Made by a program: the position numbers and the translations under genes | In this document: positions 25,542 through 36,253 of the stretch, piece by piece | Numbering within the stretch: the stretch's first letter is position 1 | Layout of the letters: every line of letters starts with the position of its first letter | Notes under the pieces: model-generated | Seen by the model: only the letters and a program-made list of their open reading frames with translations | Database searches by the model: none | Told to the model about the DNA's origin: nothing | Source: a virus | Lineage: Duplodnaviria > Caudoviricetes | Length of the DNA: 60,071 nt | Direction: 5' to 3' (one strand) | Virus record (IMG/VR): IMGVR_UViG_3300012202_000001 | Location: 1 to 60,071 of that record

Positions 25542-28340
25542 TCAGAAACTCGAATCGATTTCTATGTACAGATCGCCCCAGTGCTTTTGATTGCGTGTGT
25601 CCCCCGCGTTATACGCCCCGGTGAGGAAGATCACGCATCCGGTTTCCCCTCCCACCCGAGTGAGCGGTCGCACCGTCCCGTCATTGTTCGAGGTCAGGGT
25701 GCCATTGATGCCAGGGCCTTCTTCCAAGATGTGAAGGATCGTCGGGTACTGATAAACATCCCGCACCCAGCCTTTCGTGAGGGTGCTGTAGACCAACGTC
25801 TGCACCACCGAAATTCCGTTCACCAGCGCAACGTAATCGTAATAGATGTAGCCATTGGCGGCATTCAGTTTTTGCAACAGCGGTTGCGTGTCGTCCGGAG
25901 GATAAACAATGAAAGGACCGCGGACTACCGGAGTGGGAGTAAAGCCTTCGTGGGGAAACAGATTGTAGAGATCTTCATCGGTGATGGACTCTGCCCCTTG
26001 ACCGCCATGCGAGACCGAAATCCCGTCCTTGGTTCTGAAGTACACATCCCGGCCACCGTCCACGCACAAGCAGCGTTGCAGGTAAAGGCCGCGATCGGAG
26101 ATTGATTCCTGCAGGGTCCACGTCGAGCCCAGAGTTCCACTGACCGTGGAGAGCGCATTGAAGAAGTTGGGGAAGATCAGCCATGCGCGCTCGGTCGAGA
26201 ACACCATGCCGATTCCATTTACGATGCAGCCATTCTGCAAGGGCTCACTGGGGCTGGTGACGTCCTGGGAGTTGGTCTCCGGCGCCGAATCTGGGTTGTT
26301 TCCCTTGCACCAGTAAAGCGTTCCCGGTCGCAAGTTGTCGCCACAGGCAAAGAAGAACGAAATGTTGTCAGTCGGCCCCCAGAGATAGGCTAACGGCTGC
26401 GCGGCCAGATTTGGCTGAGTGATGAAGTAAAACAAATTACTGCCTTGTGGTGGAAAGACACTCTGTACCGCGCCACCCACAATCTGCTGGGTCGAGACCA
26501 GCATGTGACGATTGTCACTAGGCCGGTTATAGAGGGTGAAGGCTGTCCCCTGATTCGGATTCGCCCCGCTCGATCCGATAGTGACAATTGTTCCCGGCAG
26601 CCAACGGATATTGAACAGGTCTCCCGAGAACCACGTCACCGCACCATTCGCGCCTACGTTAACCGTTCCACTGCGAGGGAGATCGATAGTTGGGAAAGGT
26701 TCGAAGTTATCGAACTGCAGAACCGGATTCGCGACAATCGCCGCATCCAGCAATTGATCGGAGAAGGGCGCATTCGAGTTTGGTCCTGTCCCCACGTACG
26801 TAAAGTTGGTGAGGGCGCTATCAATGCGATAGAAATCAATCTTGTCGACTTGGGGATCGGTCGAAGCGGTTGCCGAAATCGTGTTAGCCAGGACGGAGGC
26901 CGCCTGTTGCGCGGAGGCTGGCGAAGGATTCGAGGTTGCTCCCGTCGCCGAGGATCTGTAGACATAGCGATACTGCGCGCCGGTGATGACGTTGGTGGCA
27001 ATGGGCAGAAGATTGACCGTATTCCCCGAAACCACCGATTGCACGATGAGGCGCCGCTGCGAGTGGAACCAGTAGTCGTAATCGACTTCGAGCGGATAGT
27101 TCCCGGCTGCCGGAAACGTGACTACCACGGTTGCCGCGTTGGTTTGTCCGCCCCCATCCAGGGTGATGGTTTTCGGCATGAGCGGATAGCCGTTCTTGGC
27201 GGTGAGCGTCTGACCGGAAGAGGACAACTGCTGTCCCCCAGTCGGCGCCGCCCATGTTGGTTGTCCACTAGAATTCGCGCCGATGCCCCAAATGGTCTCG
27301 TCTTTCGAGTTGAGGGTCAGGGTGTAGGCGCCAGGAAATGGAACGTATAACGTCGCTTCCGCAGCGAAGTTGAAGTCCTGATATCCTTCGCTCTCCAGCG
27401 CCGGCTGGAACAAGGCTTTCGATCCCTGCTGAATCGTTGCCTGATAAGAAACGTTGGACTGGACTCCCGCGGTCTGCTGAATGGTCAGCGCGATAGCCGA
27501 AGGCACCGTCGCAACAATAAACTGGCCGGCGCCGATGATGATGGTTTGCCCCGGTTCAATGCCGGTGAATTGCGATCCTGATACCCAACTGACGTTCAAG
27601 CCATTGGTATTGACCGTGCCCGAGATGTTCGAATAGATCGTCCAGGCCATCGGGTTGGCTTGCGTACCAAACGGACTGGCATCAAACAGCAGAGAGCTTC
27701 CGGTGGTTGCTCCGGATGGAGGTACTAGAGCGCGAACCGGCCCCGATCCACTCGAATCTCCAGAATTTTTCCAGATATAGTTTCCGGTTGGTCCGCTATG
27801 TGGCGAATCTCCCCAGTAGGTGACGGTCACATTCCCCAACAGGGACAGTGAAAGCGACGCAGCCACGACGCCGATAACCGGCGCTATTTGCGGCTCTTTG
27901 ATGCCCATCTTGAAGGTCGTCTGATCGGAACGAACCTTGTCCATCTTGTTGCTGTCGCCGACATACATCCAGGGCTGAACGGAAGTGTTGGGGCGGAATG
28001 CAACCAGGGAAATAGGATTGCCGCTGAATCCGCTGTCGACTAGGGTCGTATTCGCGTACAACGTGTTCCCGACTCCCGCCACTAAAATAAAGCCCCCTGC
28101 CGGTCCTGCTGGCGTGAGGTCATTCAAGCGGCGCAAGCTGTGCGCGCCGGGTGGGGGAAGAGTGAGCACCGAGGAATCCTGAGAAGCCCGAGGCGTAATG
28201 CCGCCAACAACGTAGGCGCGGCAATTTTGGCCATAAACGAACTTATTCGTCGGCATCAAATCCATCGGCCTGGACAGATTCATGCCAGCATAATGCAACC
28301 TCGTGCCATCAGTTTCTCTTTGATATTGCTTCTCCGGCAC
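25542..28340 (-). CDS. Tail nozzle/stabilisation-like protein with a PA14-like insert
   Basis: 932 aa, beta-rich; [26 protein letters not shown] is PA14-like; follows the adaptor gene. Confidence 0.55.
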   Translation of the reverse strand: MPEKQYQRETDGTRLHYAGMNLSRPMDLMPTNKFVYGQNCRAYVVGGITPRASQDSSVLTLPPPGAHSLRRLNDLTPAGPAGGFILVAGVGNTLYANTTLVDSGFSGNPISLVAFRPNTSVQPWMYVGDSNKMDKVRSDQTTFKMGIKEPQIAPVIGVVAASLSLSLLGNVTVTYWGDSPHSGPTGNYIWKNSGDSSGSGPVRALVPPSGATTGSSLLFDASPFGTQANPMAWTIYSNISGTVNTNGLNVSWVSGSQFTGIEPGQTIIIGAGQFIVATVPSAIALTIQQTAGVQSNVSYQATIQQGSKALFQPALESEGYQDFNFAAEATLYVPFPGAYTLTLNSKDETIWGIGANSSGQPTWAAPTGGQQLSSSGQTLTAKNGYPLMPKTITLDGGGQTNAATVVVTFPAAGNYPLEVDYDYWFHSQRRLIVQSVVSGNTVNLLPIATNVITGAQYRYVYRSSATGATSNPSPASAQQAASVLANTISATASTDPQVDKIDFYRIDSALTNFTYVGTGPNSNAPFSDQLLDAAIVANPVLQFDNFEPFPTIDLPRSGTVNVGANGAVTWFSGDLFNIRWLPGTIVTIGSSGANPNQGTAFTLYNRPSDNRHMLVSTQQIVGGAVQSVFPPQGSNLFYFITQPNLAAQPLAYLWGPTDNISFFFACGDNLRPGTLYWCKGNNPDSAPETNSQDVTSPSEPLQNGCIVNGIGMVFSTERAWLIFPNFFNALSTVSGTLGSTWTLQESISDRGLYLQRCLCVDGGRDVYFRTKDGISVSHGGQGAESITDEDLYNLFPHEGFTPTPVVRGPFIVYPPDDTQPLLQKLNAANGYIYYDYVALVNGISVVQTLVYSTLTKGWVRDVYQYPTILHILEEGPGINGTLTSNNDGTVRPLTRVGGETGCVIFLTGAYNAGDTRNQKHWGDLYIEIDSSF

Positions 28341-28839
28341 CAGCCCCCCACTTCCTTCGATTTCTAGACTGCTCTTTTACTGTGGCCCAACAACAGTTGC
28401 TTGGTTCGTAGTTTCCATTGTTGTCAATTCGCTCAATCGACATCCCGTCTGGACGTGGACCCATGTCATCTCGAAAGTTTGGAAAAGAATGCTGCCAGCG
28501 TTTACACATCCGAATTCCACGTCCGCCATACAGGTAATAGTCTTTCGACTTGCGGTTGTAGCATCGACGCTTAATCGCGCTCCACACACCATATAAAGCC
28601 GTGTTCGTTTGCCCATGCACATATTTCCGTCGTGCAGAAAGTTCCCGTCTCAAACACCCGCAACTTTTCGTATGGCCGCCCTTTAATGCAGTCGCAAATA
28701 CTGTCGTCAGCTTTTTGCAATCGCAATGGCATAACCATCTCGCCGGAGATCGTGCGACAAGTTTCTTTACTACCAACCTGCCGAATCTTCGTTTCCGTAA
28801 ATCCTCCGGAACAACATCAGGGCGAGTTCGTTTTTGCAT
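28309..28839 (-). CDS. Free-standing HNH-type homing endonuclease
   Basis: [43 protein letters not shown]; paralogue of 5401-5898. Confidence 0.88.
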   Translation of the reverse strand: MQKRTRPDVVPEDLRKRRFGRLVVKKLVARSPARWLCHCDCKKLTTVFATALKGGHTKSCGCLRRELSARRKYVHGQTNTALYGVWSAIKRRCYNRKSKDYYLYGGRGIRMCKRWQHSFPNFRDDMGPRPDGMSIERIDNNGNYEPSNCCWATVKEQSRNRRKWGAGAGEAISKRN

Positions 28840-28870
28840 CGCCCTAATATACGATACAATCTTTTGTCCA

Positions 28871-29032
28871 TTACCTTCTCGTTGCAGTCTTTTTGTATCT
28901 CACGGTTTTGTGCTTCTTGCTCTTGGCGGGAATCGCCATCGGGGTTAGGCTGCTTTTATATCGTCTGCCGGCAACCTGCTTGCCTTTCGGTTTCGTATGA
29001 CCGCCACCCATTTTCTTCTTGGTCTTCATCAT
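28871..29032 (-). CDS. Small Lys-rich basic protein
   Basis: GGAG RBS; [18 protein letters not shown]... Confidence 0.6.
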   Translation of the reverse strand: MMKTKKKMGGGHTKPKGKQVAGRRYKSSLTPMAIPAKSKKHKTVRYKKTATRR

Positions 29033-29064
29033 GCTCTCCTGATTCGAAGATTCAATTTCATTCA

Positions 29065-30372
29065 TCACTGTCTCGGTTTCGTTATGTCTTGCCTTTTTCC
29101 CTCTAAATGAACGGTGTCACTAAACAGTCCCATTTGCGACAGGCGCTTGTTCTGCGCTACGCAGAGACGCAAAAAATCATTTTCCAGATCCTGTGTCGAC
29201 CTGAAATCTTCCCCACCCTGCTTGAAGGCAGCCAGCACTTGCGCGTAGCCCAAGACCACATCGAGAACGTCACGGCTGATTTGCACAAAGTCGGTATCGA
29301 GCATCGGCAATGGCGCATTCCCGACTATGACCACGCTTACCCCAGTAGTCGTCGCCGGAGTCGGACAGACTCCTACCAGATCCATCCCGGCAATGACCAG
29401 AGTCGGCCAAGCCGTCGCATTGTTCTGCCACTCTGGCGAGTAGCCGTCCATCTCTGCCAGGGGAACGGTATCCGCAGGGGATCCGGCGATGGTTCCACTG
29501 ACCAGCCAGTTTGACTGCTGCATGACTTTCAAGCCAGCGGTGTATCGCTTCAGGCAATAGTCGGCGCGCTCGCGATCGGTAGCCTCGCTTTCGCGTCCCA
29601 GGAGATCGGCCAGGGCTCCCCACTTTGCCAACCATACCCAGTCGTCAGGAATGCTCATGGGAGTAGGAGTAGGCGGATTGAACGGTGTCCCGCACTGTAA
29701 CGAGATCACATCGTAGTCAGCCGGAACGTTCGGGATAGCGTCCACTTCCATTTCGAGCGGCGCCCCGGTAATCACGCTCCAATGCTCAGGCGCGGCATGC
29801 GTATTTATATAGCCGGGAGAGAATCGGTCGAAGGCGAGAGTATCCTCGCGAGCTAATGTGACCGGACTTCCGTATCCGGAATTAGGGAAGAATCGCACCC
29901 GGCGCGGTTCCAGGGTTGAGTCAGGGAACACCAGAGAACGGATAAGCGGAGCAGAAGCGAGAAACGGTAGATTTTGCAGATTGCAGCCGGCATATTGAAT
30001 GATCTCGTCACGTCTGCGCTGTAAGGCGCCCTGAAGATCAGCCAAGGCGAATTGCGATGTCCCCGTCCACGTTGCCCCAGTTGGCGGCTCCAGCAAGTGA
30101 TACTCCATGATAGTGTACACGTTCGTGTCGACCGTGGTGCGGATGCGGGGAGAATTGTTCATCTGGCTCGTGTCGTACCACGTTCCAGCATTGGTCGCAG
30201 TGAAGGCGTAGGGCTGGTTCCAGATCTCGGTCAGCGCGTTGAAAGTCTGCAGCGATTCCCAGATGTAGTATTTGATTTCTTGGTCAGTCCAGTAGACGTT
30301 ATTTGGATCAGCCAGCCGCGAGGCGAGGATTTGTCTCGCTTGCAGGAACGTTACCCAAGAGAAGTTCGGCAT
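29065..30372 (-). CDS. Head-tail adaptor/tail tubular-like protein
   Basis: LA.RL.DP...YWTD.EI..YI pattern; synteny. Confidence 0.55.
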   Translation of the reverse strand: MPNFSWVTFLQARQILASRLADPNNVYWTDQEIKYYIWESLQTFNALTEIWNQPYAFTATNAGTWYDTSQMNNSPRIRTTVDTNVYTIMEYHLLEPPTGATWTGTSQFALADLQGALQRRRDEIIQYAGCNLQNLPFLASAPLIRSLVFPDSTLEPRRVRFFPNSGYGSPVTLAREDTLAFDRFSPGYINTHAAPEHWSVITGAPLEMEVDAIPNVPADYDVISLQCGTPFNPPTPTPMSIPDDWVWLAKWGALADLLGRESEATDRERADYCLKRYTAGLKVMQQSNWLVSGTIAGSPADTVPLAEMDGYSPEWQNNATAWPTLVIAGMDLVGVCPTPATTTGVSVVIVGNAPLPMLDTDFVQISRDVLDVVLGYAQVLAAFKQGGEDFRSTQDLENDFLRLCVAQNKRLSQMGLFSDTVHLEGKRQDITKPRQ

Positions 30373-30579
30373 CTATCGTTTGCGGCGAGATCGCTTCTTC
30401 CCCTTCTTGCGCTTCTTCGACTGTCCCGATTCCGAAAGGGCGATGGCAATCGCTTGACGGCGCGAAGTAACTTTCTTCCCACTACTACTGCGCAGCGTTC
30501 CATGCTTGAACTTGTGGAGTTCTTCCCCAGTCCGCTTGCGCTTGGCCCGTTTCGAGGCACTACGTTTCAGCCGAGGCAT
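30373..30579 (-). CDS. DUF6496-like small basic protein
   Basis: HKFKHGTLRSSSGKKVTSRRQAIAIALSE. Confidence 0.7.
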   Translation of the reverse strand: MPRLKRSASKRAKRKRTGEELHKFKHGTLRSSSGKKVTSRRQAIAIALSESGQSKKRKKGKKRSRRKR

Positions 30580-30581
30580 CG

Positions 30582-30794
30582 CTACCGTCCTATTTTTCTG
30601 CCGTTCTTATCCACCACCAGACCAATGTCGGATCGCAGTTTGTCCAGTTCGTCCGTAACATGTTTTTTGGCCACATCGAGTTCATCGCTGATATATTTCT
30701 GCGCGTCCTTGAGTTCAGAAAACACGTAGCGATGCAGAGCCATTCCGCCCACCATGCCCAGCAGAAACGCCAGCACGACATACACGTAATTCAT
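30582..30794 (-). CDS. Single-TM lysis-cassette protein
   Basis: MNYVYVVLAFLLGMVGGMAL followed by an amphipathic helix; overlaps the holin stop. Confidence 0.6.
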   Translation of the reverse strand: MNYVYVVLAFLLGMVGGMALHRYVFSELKDAQKYISDELDVAKKHVTDELDKLRSDIGLVVDKNGRKIGR

Positions 30795-31333
30795 AGAATC
30801 CCCACCTTTCCTTGTTGGGCGAGGATTTGCGTTTTGGCTGCAGATCCCGCCGACGATCCAAAATAGTAGGCCACCACCGAAGTCCATGCGGTGCCGAGAG
30901 CCCCGATCATAACCAGCAACACATCATGTCCAGCATCGGGGATGGAATGAAAAAACATTAAGCTGAGTGTGCCAAAAAATCCCAAGGTTACCCCAATGGC
31001 GAGCATCCCTGGCATGCGATCCTTGACCGCCACTTCTCTTGCGCGCGCGCTGGCTCTATCTGCCGCCGCCACCTCTTCCAGCTTCTCTACACTGTCGTAG
31101 CCCATCTTGGCCATCGTCTCGGCATACTCTTTTTCCGCCGCATCAAGCTTGACGCGCCCCTCTTCAGTGGTCGACAAATTCTGCATTACGCCAGCAATGT
31201 CCGGCGCCTTGACCGTTCCACCAGTAACTTTCGTGAGAATGGAAGCGGCAATCGATCCAGCGGGACCCCCAAACACCTCCGCGGCAGTCGCCAGATACGG
31301 AACCGTTTTTTTGAAAAATGCCCCAACACCCAT
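30791..31333 (-). CDS. Putative holin
   Basis: ADRASAR.RE, two C-terminal TM helices, YYFGSS.GS..K motif. Confidence 0.7.
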   Translation of the reverse strand: MGVGAFFKKTVPYLATAAEVFGGPAGSIAASILTKVTGGTVKAPDIAGVMQNLSTTEEGRVKLDAAEKEYAETMAKMGYDSVEKLEEVAAADRASARAREVAVKDRMPGMLAIGVTLGFFGTLSLMFFHSIPDAGHDVLLVMIGALGTAWTSVVAYYFGSSAGSAAKTQILAQQGKVGIL

Positions 31334-31336
31334 GAC

Positions 31337-31654
31337 TTATCTCCCCAAGTGACCCACGAAGAACTCGACCACAAACTTGGCTACTGCCGTCATAAAGCCG
31401 CCAAGCATGGCGTACAGCAACGGTTTCGCCCGATTCGTTAGACTTAATTTCTTATTCAAGCTGGCAATCATCTTGTCGCGCTGGAAAATCGATTCGTGCA
31501 ATTCTGCAATGACTTGATCTCGATCGGATAGTGCCGTTTTGAATAATCTCAGTTGCCGCCAGTTCTCATTCAGTTGATCACGCAGTTTTTCAGGATCCGT
31601 ATCGGTGTAATGCATACTTCTGTCCGGACTTTCCTCCTCATCGCGACCATTCAA
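31337..31654 (-). CDS. Coiled-coil protein with C-terminal TM (lysis accessory)
   Basis: Composition and position. Confidence 0.6.
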   Translation of the reverse strand: MNGRDEEESPDRSMHYTDTDPEKLRDQLNENWRQLRLFKTALSDRDQVIAELHESIFQRDKMIASLNKKLSLTNRAKPLLYAMLGGFMTAVAKFVVEFFVGHLGR

Positions 31655-31863
31655 AATGTGTCCCCGTAGGACCTTGCCTTGGCATCCACTTGCTGCTGTA
31701 AATCCTTGGTGAGAGCGACCATGCGCCTGATTTCTTTTTGCGCTCTCATCATGTGCCGATACCGGGTGCTGCGATCGGGCTCACCCAGAGCCAATTCCAG
31801 AAAACCGTTGATGGAGGTAAGGATATTCACTTGATCATGAATCAGTCGCCGTATGGCCTTCAC
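31651..31863 (-). CDS. Stand-alone HisKA (DHp)-like mini-protein
   Basis: LIHDQVNILTSINGFLELAL..AQKEIRRMVALTKDL matches the H-box two-helix pattern; no ATPase domain. Confidence 0.6.
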   Translation of the reverse strand: MKAIRRLIHDQVNILTSINGFLELALGEPDRSTRYRHMMRAQKEIRRMVALTKDLQQQVDAKARSYGDTF

Positions 31864-32251
31864 TCACGGCTCCTTCCGGACTTTTATTAGCGACCACCTT
31901 CAAATCATGGTCACCACTTTTCCACATCGCCTCTCGTACTCCTCTGCTTTGGATAATGCAACCTTCAGAAGCCGTGCCTGGGAATCCTTTCTTGTCTCCA
32001 TGAATTCCAAAATCTTCCCGGCCCAACATCTCATTCTCTCGATCAGGTTCAAGCCAGAGCACGTATGCACCATGCTTCTCAGTGTCGACAGGTTCCTTCA
32101 TCTTGTAGAGTCCGACCGGAATCGGCCCTTGATCCTTTATGTGCGTCGCGCTGGAATCGTTTTTGTATTGCGGTGATCCGCTGTAGCCGACACCATTAAG
32201 GTCTCCCTTGTCGGAATACATTCTGCCGGTCGAGATCTCGTAGACCCACAT
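31835..32251 (-). CDS. Tlde1 (DUF2778)-family L,D-transpeptidase-fold enzyme, probable endolysin
   Basis: W.YE.STG, GYSG, GPIP.G.Y, F.IHGD..GTASEGCII. Confidence 0.8.
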   Translation of the reverse strand: MWVYEISTGRMYSDKGDLNGVGYSGSPQYKNDSSATHIKDQGPIPVGLYKMKEPVDTEKHGAYVLWLEPDRENEMLGREDFGIHGDKKGFPGTASEGCIIQSRGVREAMWKSGDHDLKVVANKSPEGAVSEGHTATDS

Positions 32252-34048
32252 CTATTGCACTCCATTGGTAAACAGATTCACCATATCGATATCGGCGCCG
32301 GGATCACGTCCATCAAGTGCTTTGGCGTGCACTGGACTGGTGAGCATGAGATGGTAATCCCCGCCGATGCTGCCGCTGTAGTTGACAAACTGAATGGTTG
32401 ACCAGTCGGCGACAAACAGATTTCCAGCCGGCCAGTCAGCCGGCAAAGGGCGCTGTGAACCTGCGGTAATGAAGGCGTTGCCGGAAAATTTACTGCTGCC
32501 GAAATAACACGCATTCACGATCCGCAGAGGAGTGCTTCTGCCTGATCCAGCCGGCATGACGGCACAGTTATCGGCTCCACCTGCTGAAGCCGACATCCCG
32601 AAAATTCCAGCCAGGGAGATGCTGTTCAAGTAGCTGATGTTTTCGAGTGTCGGGGTGTTCGTAGAATTGCTTTTAGGTACGCCTCTTACCGATAACCATG
32701 CCAGAGGAACGGCTCCCGTTGCCAGCGAAAGCCGACTGACCTGGGTAATGTGGTTAATCAGCACATCCGACATGATTTCTTGTGGGGGTGGGGGATTCGC
32801 CGTGATGTAAGCGCTGGCCAACTGCCCAAGATTCGTAGAACAAGCGAAACAGGTAGCGTACTGAATTCCATCCGCGACCAGATCGTGAATACTGACCCGG
32901 TGTTGGCCTTGACTCCATCCTCCATCGTCGTTAGGTCCACTGTCGATTGCCGCCCAGGCAGCAACGTTTGAAATCTTGCTATAGCGAATCACTAGATCAG
33001 TGATCGTACAAAGGGAACATAAGTTGGTGCCATTCGGCCCAGCTTGGCTCTTGGGACCGCTCAGAATACCGAATCCTACCTGAGTAAAGCCTCCCCAACT
33101 GTTTTCCATGACATTGCCTTCGAGCAGGATGCGACAACCGTTTTTCAATTCGAATAGATTTTTGACGATGTACTTGACGCCGATGAAATTCGGATCATTG
33201 GGATTCCAGGCTTGCGGCTTGTAGAGGTAGTTGCGCCGGATCTCGACATCGTTTGGTCCGCAACCATCTGCCGGCCCCCCGCCAAACAGGATATTTTCGG
33301 CGGCAGCTTCGAGAAAGTTGTTGACGATTTTGAATGGCCCTGACGCCGGTATGCCTGTACCTACGCCGCCGCTGATAGCCTGAGAGTCAATACAGGATCC
33401 GGTAACGGCAATGCAGTGAAACTCTTCGAAATCGGAATCGATGACGGCGACGTACTGGCCGTTATTGAGGGTGAAACCGCGTCTGGTTTCCTCTTTAGGA
33501 TTCCCCAGCATGCGGTTACGGTCAAAGATGATGTACTTCGCGCCGTTTCCCGTAGCGAAGGCAACCAGTTGTGCACCAGCTTTCTTCGTCCAGGCAATGC
33601 CGATGAAGCGCAGGTGATCGCCTAAAGTTGCCGGAGGTTTGCCGGGAGCAAAAGAAAAGACTGCGAGTTCGGCCTGATTCGCAGCCGTTACGCGCGTGCC
33701 TTCGGGCGGCAGGTTGCCATCCGACTTGATCGTAATCCAGTGCTGATCATCACATCCTTTAGCGGAAAAATTAAATGGGGCATCCCAGGACGCGCCATGT
33801 GCCAGCAGTAAAGTTGTTCCACAAGAAATCGTGTTGTAGGCAGTTTGTAAGTTCTGCCCTGCTGCCAGGGGAACCACGGCGCCGGGAGACGGAGTATTCG
33901 CGAGCGCGGTATTGAGGCAGCGCTGGGGAAGCGCAGCCGGTCCATCGCTGGTGTTGCCGATCCAGACATTCGCCGGTGAGCAGTAACGATTATCTTGAGC
34001 ATGCGCGATTCCGACTAGCACGATGGCAGCGTACAGTGCATTTCTCAT
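32252..34048 (-). CDS. Secreted right-handed beta-helix (polysaccharide lyase-like) protein
   Basis: Signal peptide ending AHA-Q; NNFLEAAAENILFGG, KNLFELKN..RILLEGNVMENSW. Confidence 0.75.
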   Translation of the reverse strand: MRNALYAAIVLVGIAHAQDNRYCSPANVWIGNTSDGPAALPQRCLNTALANTPSPGAVVPLAAGQNLQTAYNTISCGTTLLLAHGASWDAPFNFSAKGCDDQHWITIKSDGNLPPEGTRVTAANQAELAVFSFAPGKPPATLGDHLRFIGIAWTKKAGAQLVAFATGNGAKYIIFDRNRMLGNPKEETRRGFTLNNGQYVAVIDSDFEEFHCIAVTGSCIDSQAISGGVGTGIPASGPFKIVNNFLEAAAENILFGGGPADGCGPNDVEIRRNYLYKPQAWNPNDPNFIGVKYIVKNLFELKNGCRILLEGNVMENSWGGFTQVGFGILSGPKSQAGPNGTNLCSLCTITDLVIRYSKISNVAAWAAIDSGPNDDGGWSQGQHRVSIHDLVADGIQYATCFACSTNLGQLASAYITANPPPPQEIMSDVLINHITQVSRLSLATGAVPLAWLSVRGVPKSNSTNTPTLENISYLNSISLAGIFGMSASAGGADNCAVMPAGSGRSTPLRIVNACYFGSSKFSGNAFITAGSQRPLPADWPAGNLFVADWSTIQFVNYSGSIGGDYHLMLTSPVHAKALDGRDPGADIDMVNLFTNGVQ

Positions 34049-34057
34049 AAACCCCTT

Positions 34058-34294
34058 TCAACGTTTCTTGCCCCCAGGATCGTATGTAGCAGGATTCGGG
34101 CATGGGGGACTTCCGCTATAGGGATAGCCGTTGATCATCGAAGGGCAGGTATGCCGTGTGGCGAGTGCTACTGTGACTCCGACTGTCGCTCCGATAGCTG
34201 CTCCATAAATCAAGGGGTGCCGTCGCATCGAGGCGCATCCAGTGAGACTTAAATAAAACGCGAACACCATCGCTACTCGCATCGAGCTTTTCAT
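34058..34294 (-). CDS. Small lipoprotein
   Basis: Lipobox LTGC. Confidence 0.55.
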   Translation of the reverse strand: MKSSMRVAMVFAFYLSLTGCASMRRHPLIYGAAIGATVGVTVALATRHTCPSMINGYPYSGSPPCPNPATYDPGGKKR

Positions 34295-34307
34295 GCTGCC
34301 CTCCTGT

Positions 34308-34664
34308 CTACCAGGGAACCTGAGTTCCAGGCATGACACCGCTACTTCCAGCGGCAAATACTTCCGACAGATTGCGGTCACTCCTCATCTGGTTGTTGAA
34401 ATTTGTGAGCGGTCCGCTAGGAACAATTCCGGACAAGCCATTCGAACTTGTCCATGCGCCGGTCGTCAGGTTGACCGTAATCGTCACGAGCGTACTGTAC
34501 ACGCCGATATTGAACGAGGCCGGTGCGCCCGAGCCAATCTGGAAACTAAAGGTAGCAGTGTTCGCCAGGAAGTCGACCGTAAAGCCAGTGCATGCGCCTT
34601 GCGTGTTGTTCTCCTGCGTGACCCCGTTGATGACTACAAGTTTTCCGGTCGTAAGAGTGATCAT
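34308..34664 (-). CDS. Putative virion structural protein
   Basis: T/G/N-rich beta protein in the structural operon. Confidence 0.6.
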   Translation of the reverse strand: MITLTTGKLVVINGVTQENNTQGACTGFTVDFLANTATFSFQIGSGAPASFNIGVYSTLVTITVNLTTGAWTSSNGLSGIVPSGPLTNFNNQMRSDRNLSEVFAAGSSGVMPGTQVPW

Positions 34665-35194
34665 GAGTGCTCGATTCTGCGGTAAATCCGCTTGATTTGC
34701 TCTAGGAACTGCTCGTACGAGGTGTCGCGCTTCATGTAGTTACACTGCTTGCAACATGAAACACAGTTCTCGATCGTGTAATTTTTCTGGCTGTCCTTTC
34801 GATCGATGCCGTTGAAGATGAAATCACCTTTGTTCGTGATTACTTTTGTGTGGCACCGTCGAATACGCGATGGGATGATTCCGCAATAGTGACACTCGCC
34901 TTGAAAGAGAACTTTCGCTTCGTCATCCGCGAGTTCCCATGCGATCTCCCGAATGACAGAGTTGCTTTTGTACTGTCTAAGAATCGCCTTGAATCCCGAA
35001 TCGCCGCGAGTGATGCAGTCTCGACATTTAGTGCTACCGCCACTTCGCAGGTTGTTTTGCTCTACATGTCTTTCATTTCCGCAAGAGCAGCGACAGATCC
35101 ATCGCGTGCGATGGTTCCCTTGCTCCACTCGTCGAAGTACAGTCCACTGCCCAAATTGCATGTTCTTGATTAGCGATGCGTCGAGTAATTTCAC
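34661..35194 (-). CDS. HNH-type homing endonuclease
   Basis: WICRCSCG, CHYCG, NGIDRKDS.K.YT.ENCVSCC.QCN.MK. Confidence 0.88.
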   Translation of the reverse strand: MKLLDASLIKNMQFGQWTVLRRVEQGNHRTRWICRCSCGNERHVEQNNLRSGGSTKCRDCITRGDSGFKAILRQYKSNSVIREIAWELADDEAKVLFQGECHYCGIIPSRIRRCHTKVITNKGDFIFNGIDRKDSQKNYTIENCVSCCKQCNYMKRDTSYEQFLEQIKRIYRRIEHS

Positions 35195-36240
35195 CCTAAA
35201 AACTCCAACTTTAGACTTAGTTTGAACTGCATGGCCGTGCCAGTGCTCGTGTAATCGAAGCCGTATTGCAGGTTCGTAGAAGCTTTACAGGCAACCACCG
35301 CAGAGGTCACATAAACCGTCGTGGTCGTGTTGCCGTTCAAAGCTTGGCTTGATGAGTCTCCAAACGTGATCGCGGTTGGTGTTGTCGAGTCCGTAGGATC
35401 GGTCCACGTCAACTGAAATCCGCTGGTTCCACCCAGGATCGAAGTTGTGCCGGCAGTTGTAATCTTGGCATAGACCGAGACTCGATAGAGACCGGCACCA
35501 GCGGCGGGAACCGCATAGAGCGCTGTACCAGCAGCAATCGCCGCAGCCTGTGCCGTGAGATCGATCGCGGCAACTAGCGATGGAACCCCGGCACCGACAG
35601 TCGCTACCCCGTTGTACGTCCCAACCTTCCCCTGCAACGTCAAAGTAGTTAGCTTCAGGGCTCCGGTGAAATCACCAGCGGTCCCATTGCCCAGTGCTAG
35701 GGAAGCGGCCCCGAGGCGTGAGATGCCTGCATCAACTGTGTTTCCACCTGCGTTTCCCCAAGCAACTACGGCCACTCCGGCGTTTAGAGAACCAGAGGTA
35801 AAACGGAATGCAGCAGATGAAGCAAAGTCAATCGAGATGGTGGCATTGTTGGCGAACCCTATGGTTGCGTTGCCGCTGTTGCTTGTTATGAAAGCATCGG
35901 CGTTTACCGCTGCTACGATTCGCGGAACACTAATAGCTGCTGTTCCGGATGAACCAGAATGCGTTATGTTCAGTGTGCTTGCACCGTTCGTTCCCGCCGC
36001 GAGACTGGATCCGATCTTCCAGTCATCCGCCGCCGAGGCTGCCCCGGTCCAGTATTGTGCTTGTAAATCCAGAATCGGCGAACCGTTAGTGGTCGCGTTG
36101 GTCGCGGTCGTCGTGTTCTGCAGGATGAGATCTACGTTGGGTGCCGTATCCGAAATCGAGACTGGAGGAGTGAGAGCCCCACCCCCGCCGCCGCCCCCGC
36201 CAGCGTTGCTGGTTCCACCGAAAACTACTTGTCCACCCAT
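35191..36240 (-). CDS. Fibre/spike-like structural protein
   Basis: Poly-Gly N-terminus; A/T/G/S-rich; DAGISRLGAASLALGNG. Confidence 0.65.
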   Translation of the reverse strand: MGGQVVFGGTSNAGGGGGGGGALTPPVSISDTAPNVDLILQNTTTATNATTNGSPILDLQAQYWTGAASAADDWKIGSSLAAGTNGASTLNITHSGSSGTAAISVPRIVAAVNADAFITSNSGNATIGFANNATISIDFASSAAFRFTSGSLNAGVAVVAWGNAGGNTVDAGISRLGAASLALGNGTAGDFTGALKLTTLTLQGKVGTYNGVATVGAGVPSLVAAIDLTAQAAAIAAGTALYAVPAAGAGLYRVSVYAKITTAGTTSILGGTSGFQLTWTDPTDSTTPTAITFGDSSSQALNGNTTTTVYVTSAVVACKASTNLQYGFDYTSTGTAMQFKLSLKLEFLG

Positions 36241-36253
36241 GTCACCCCTTGCC

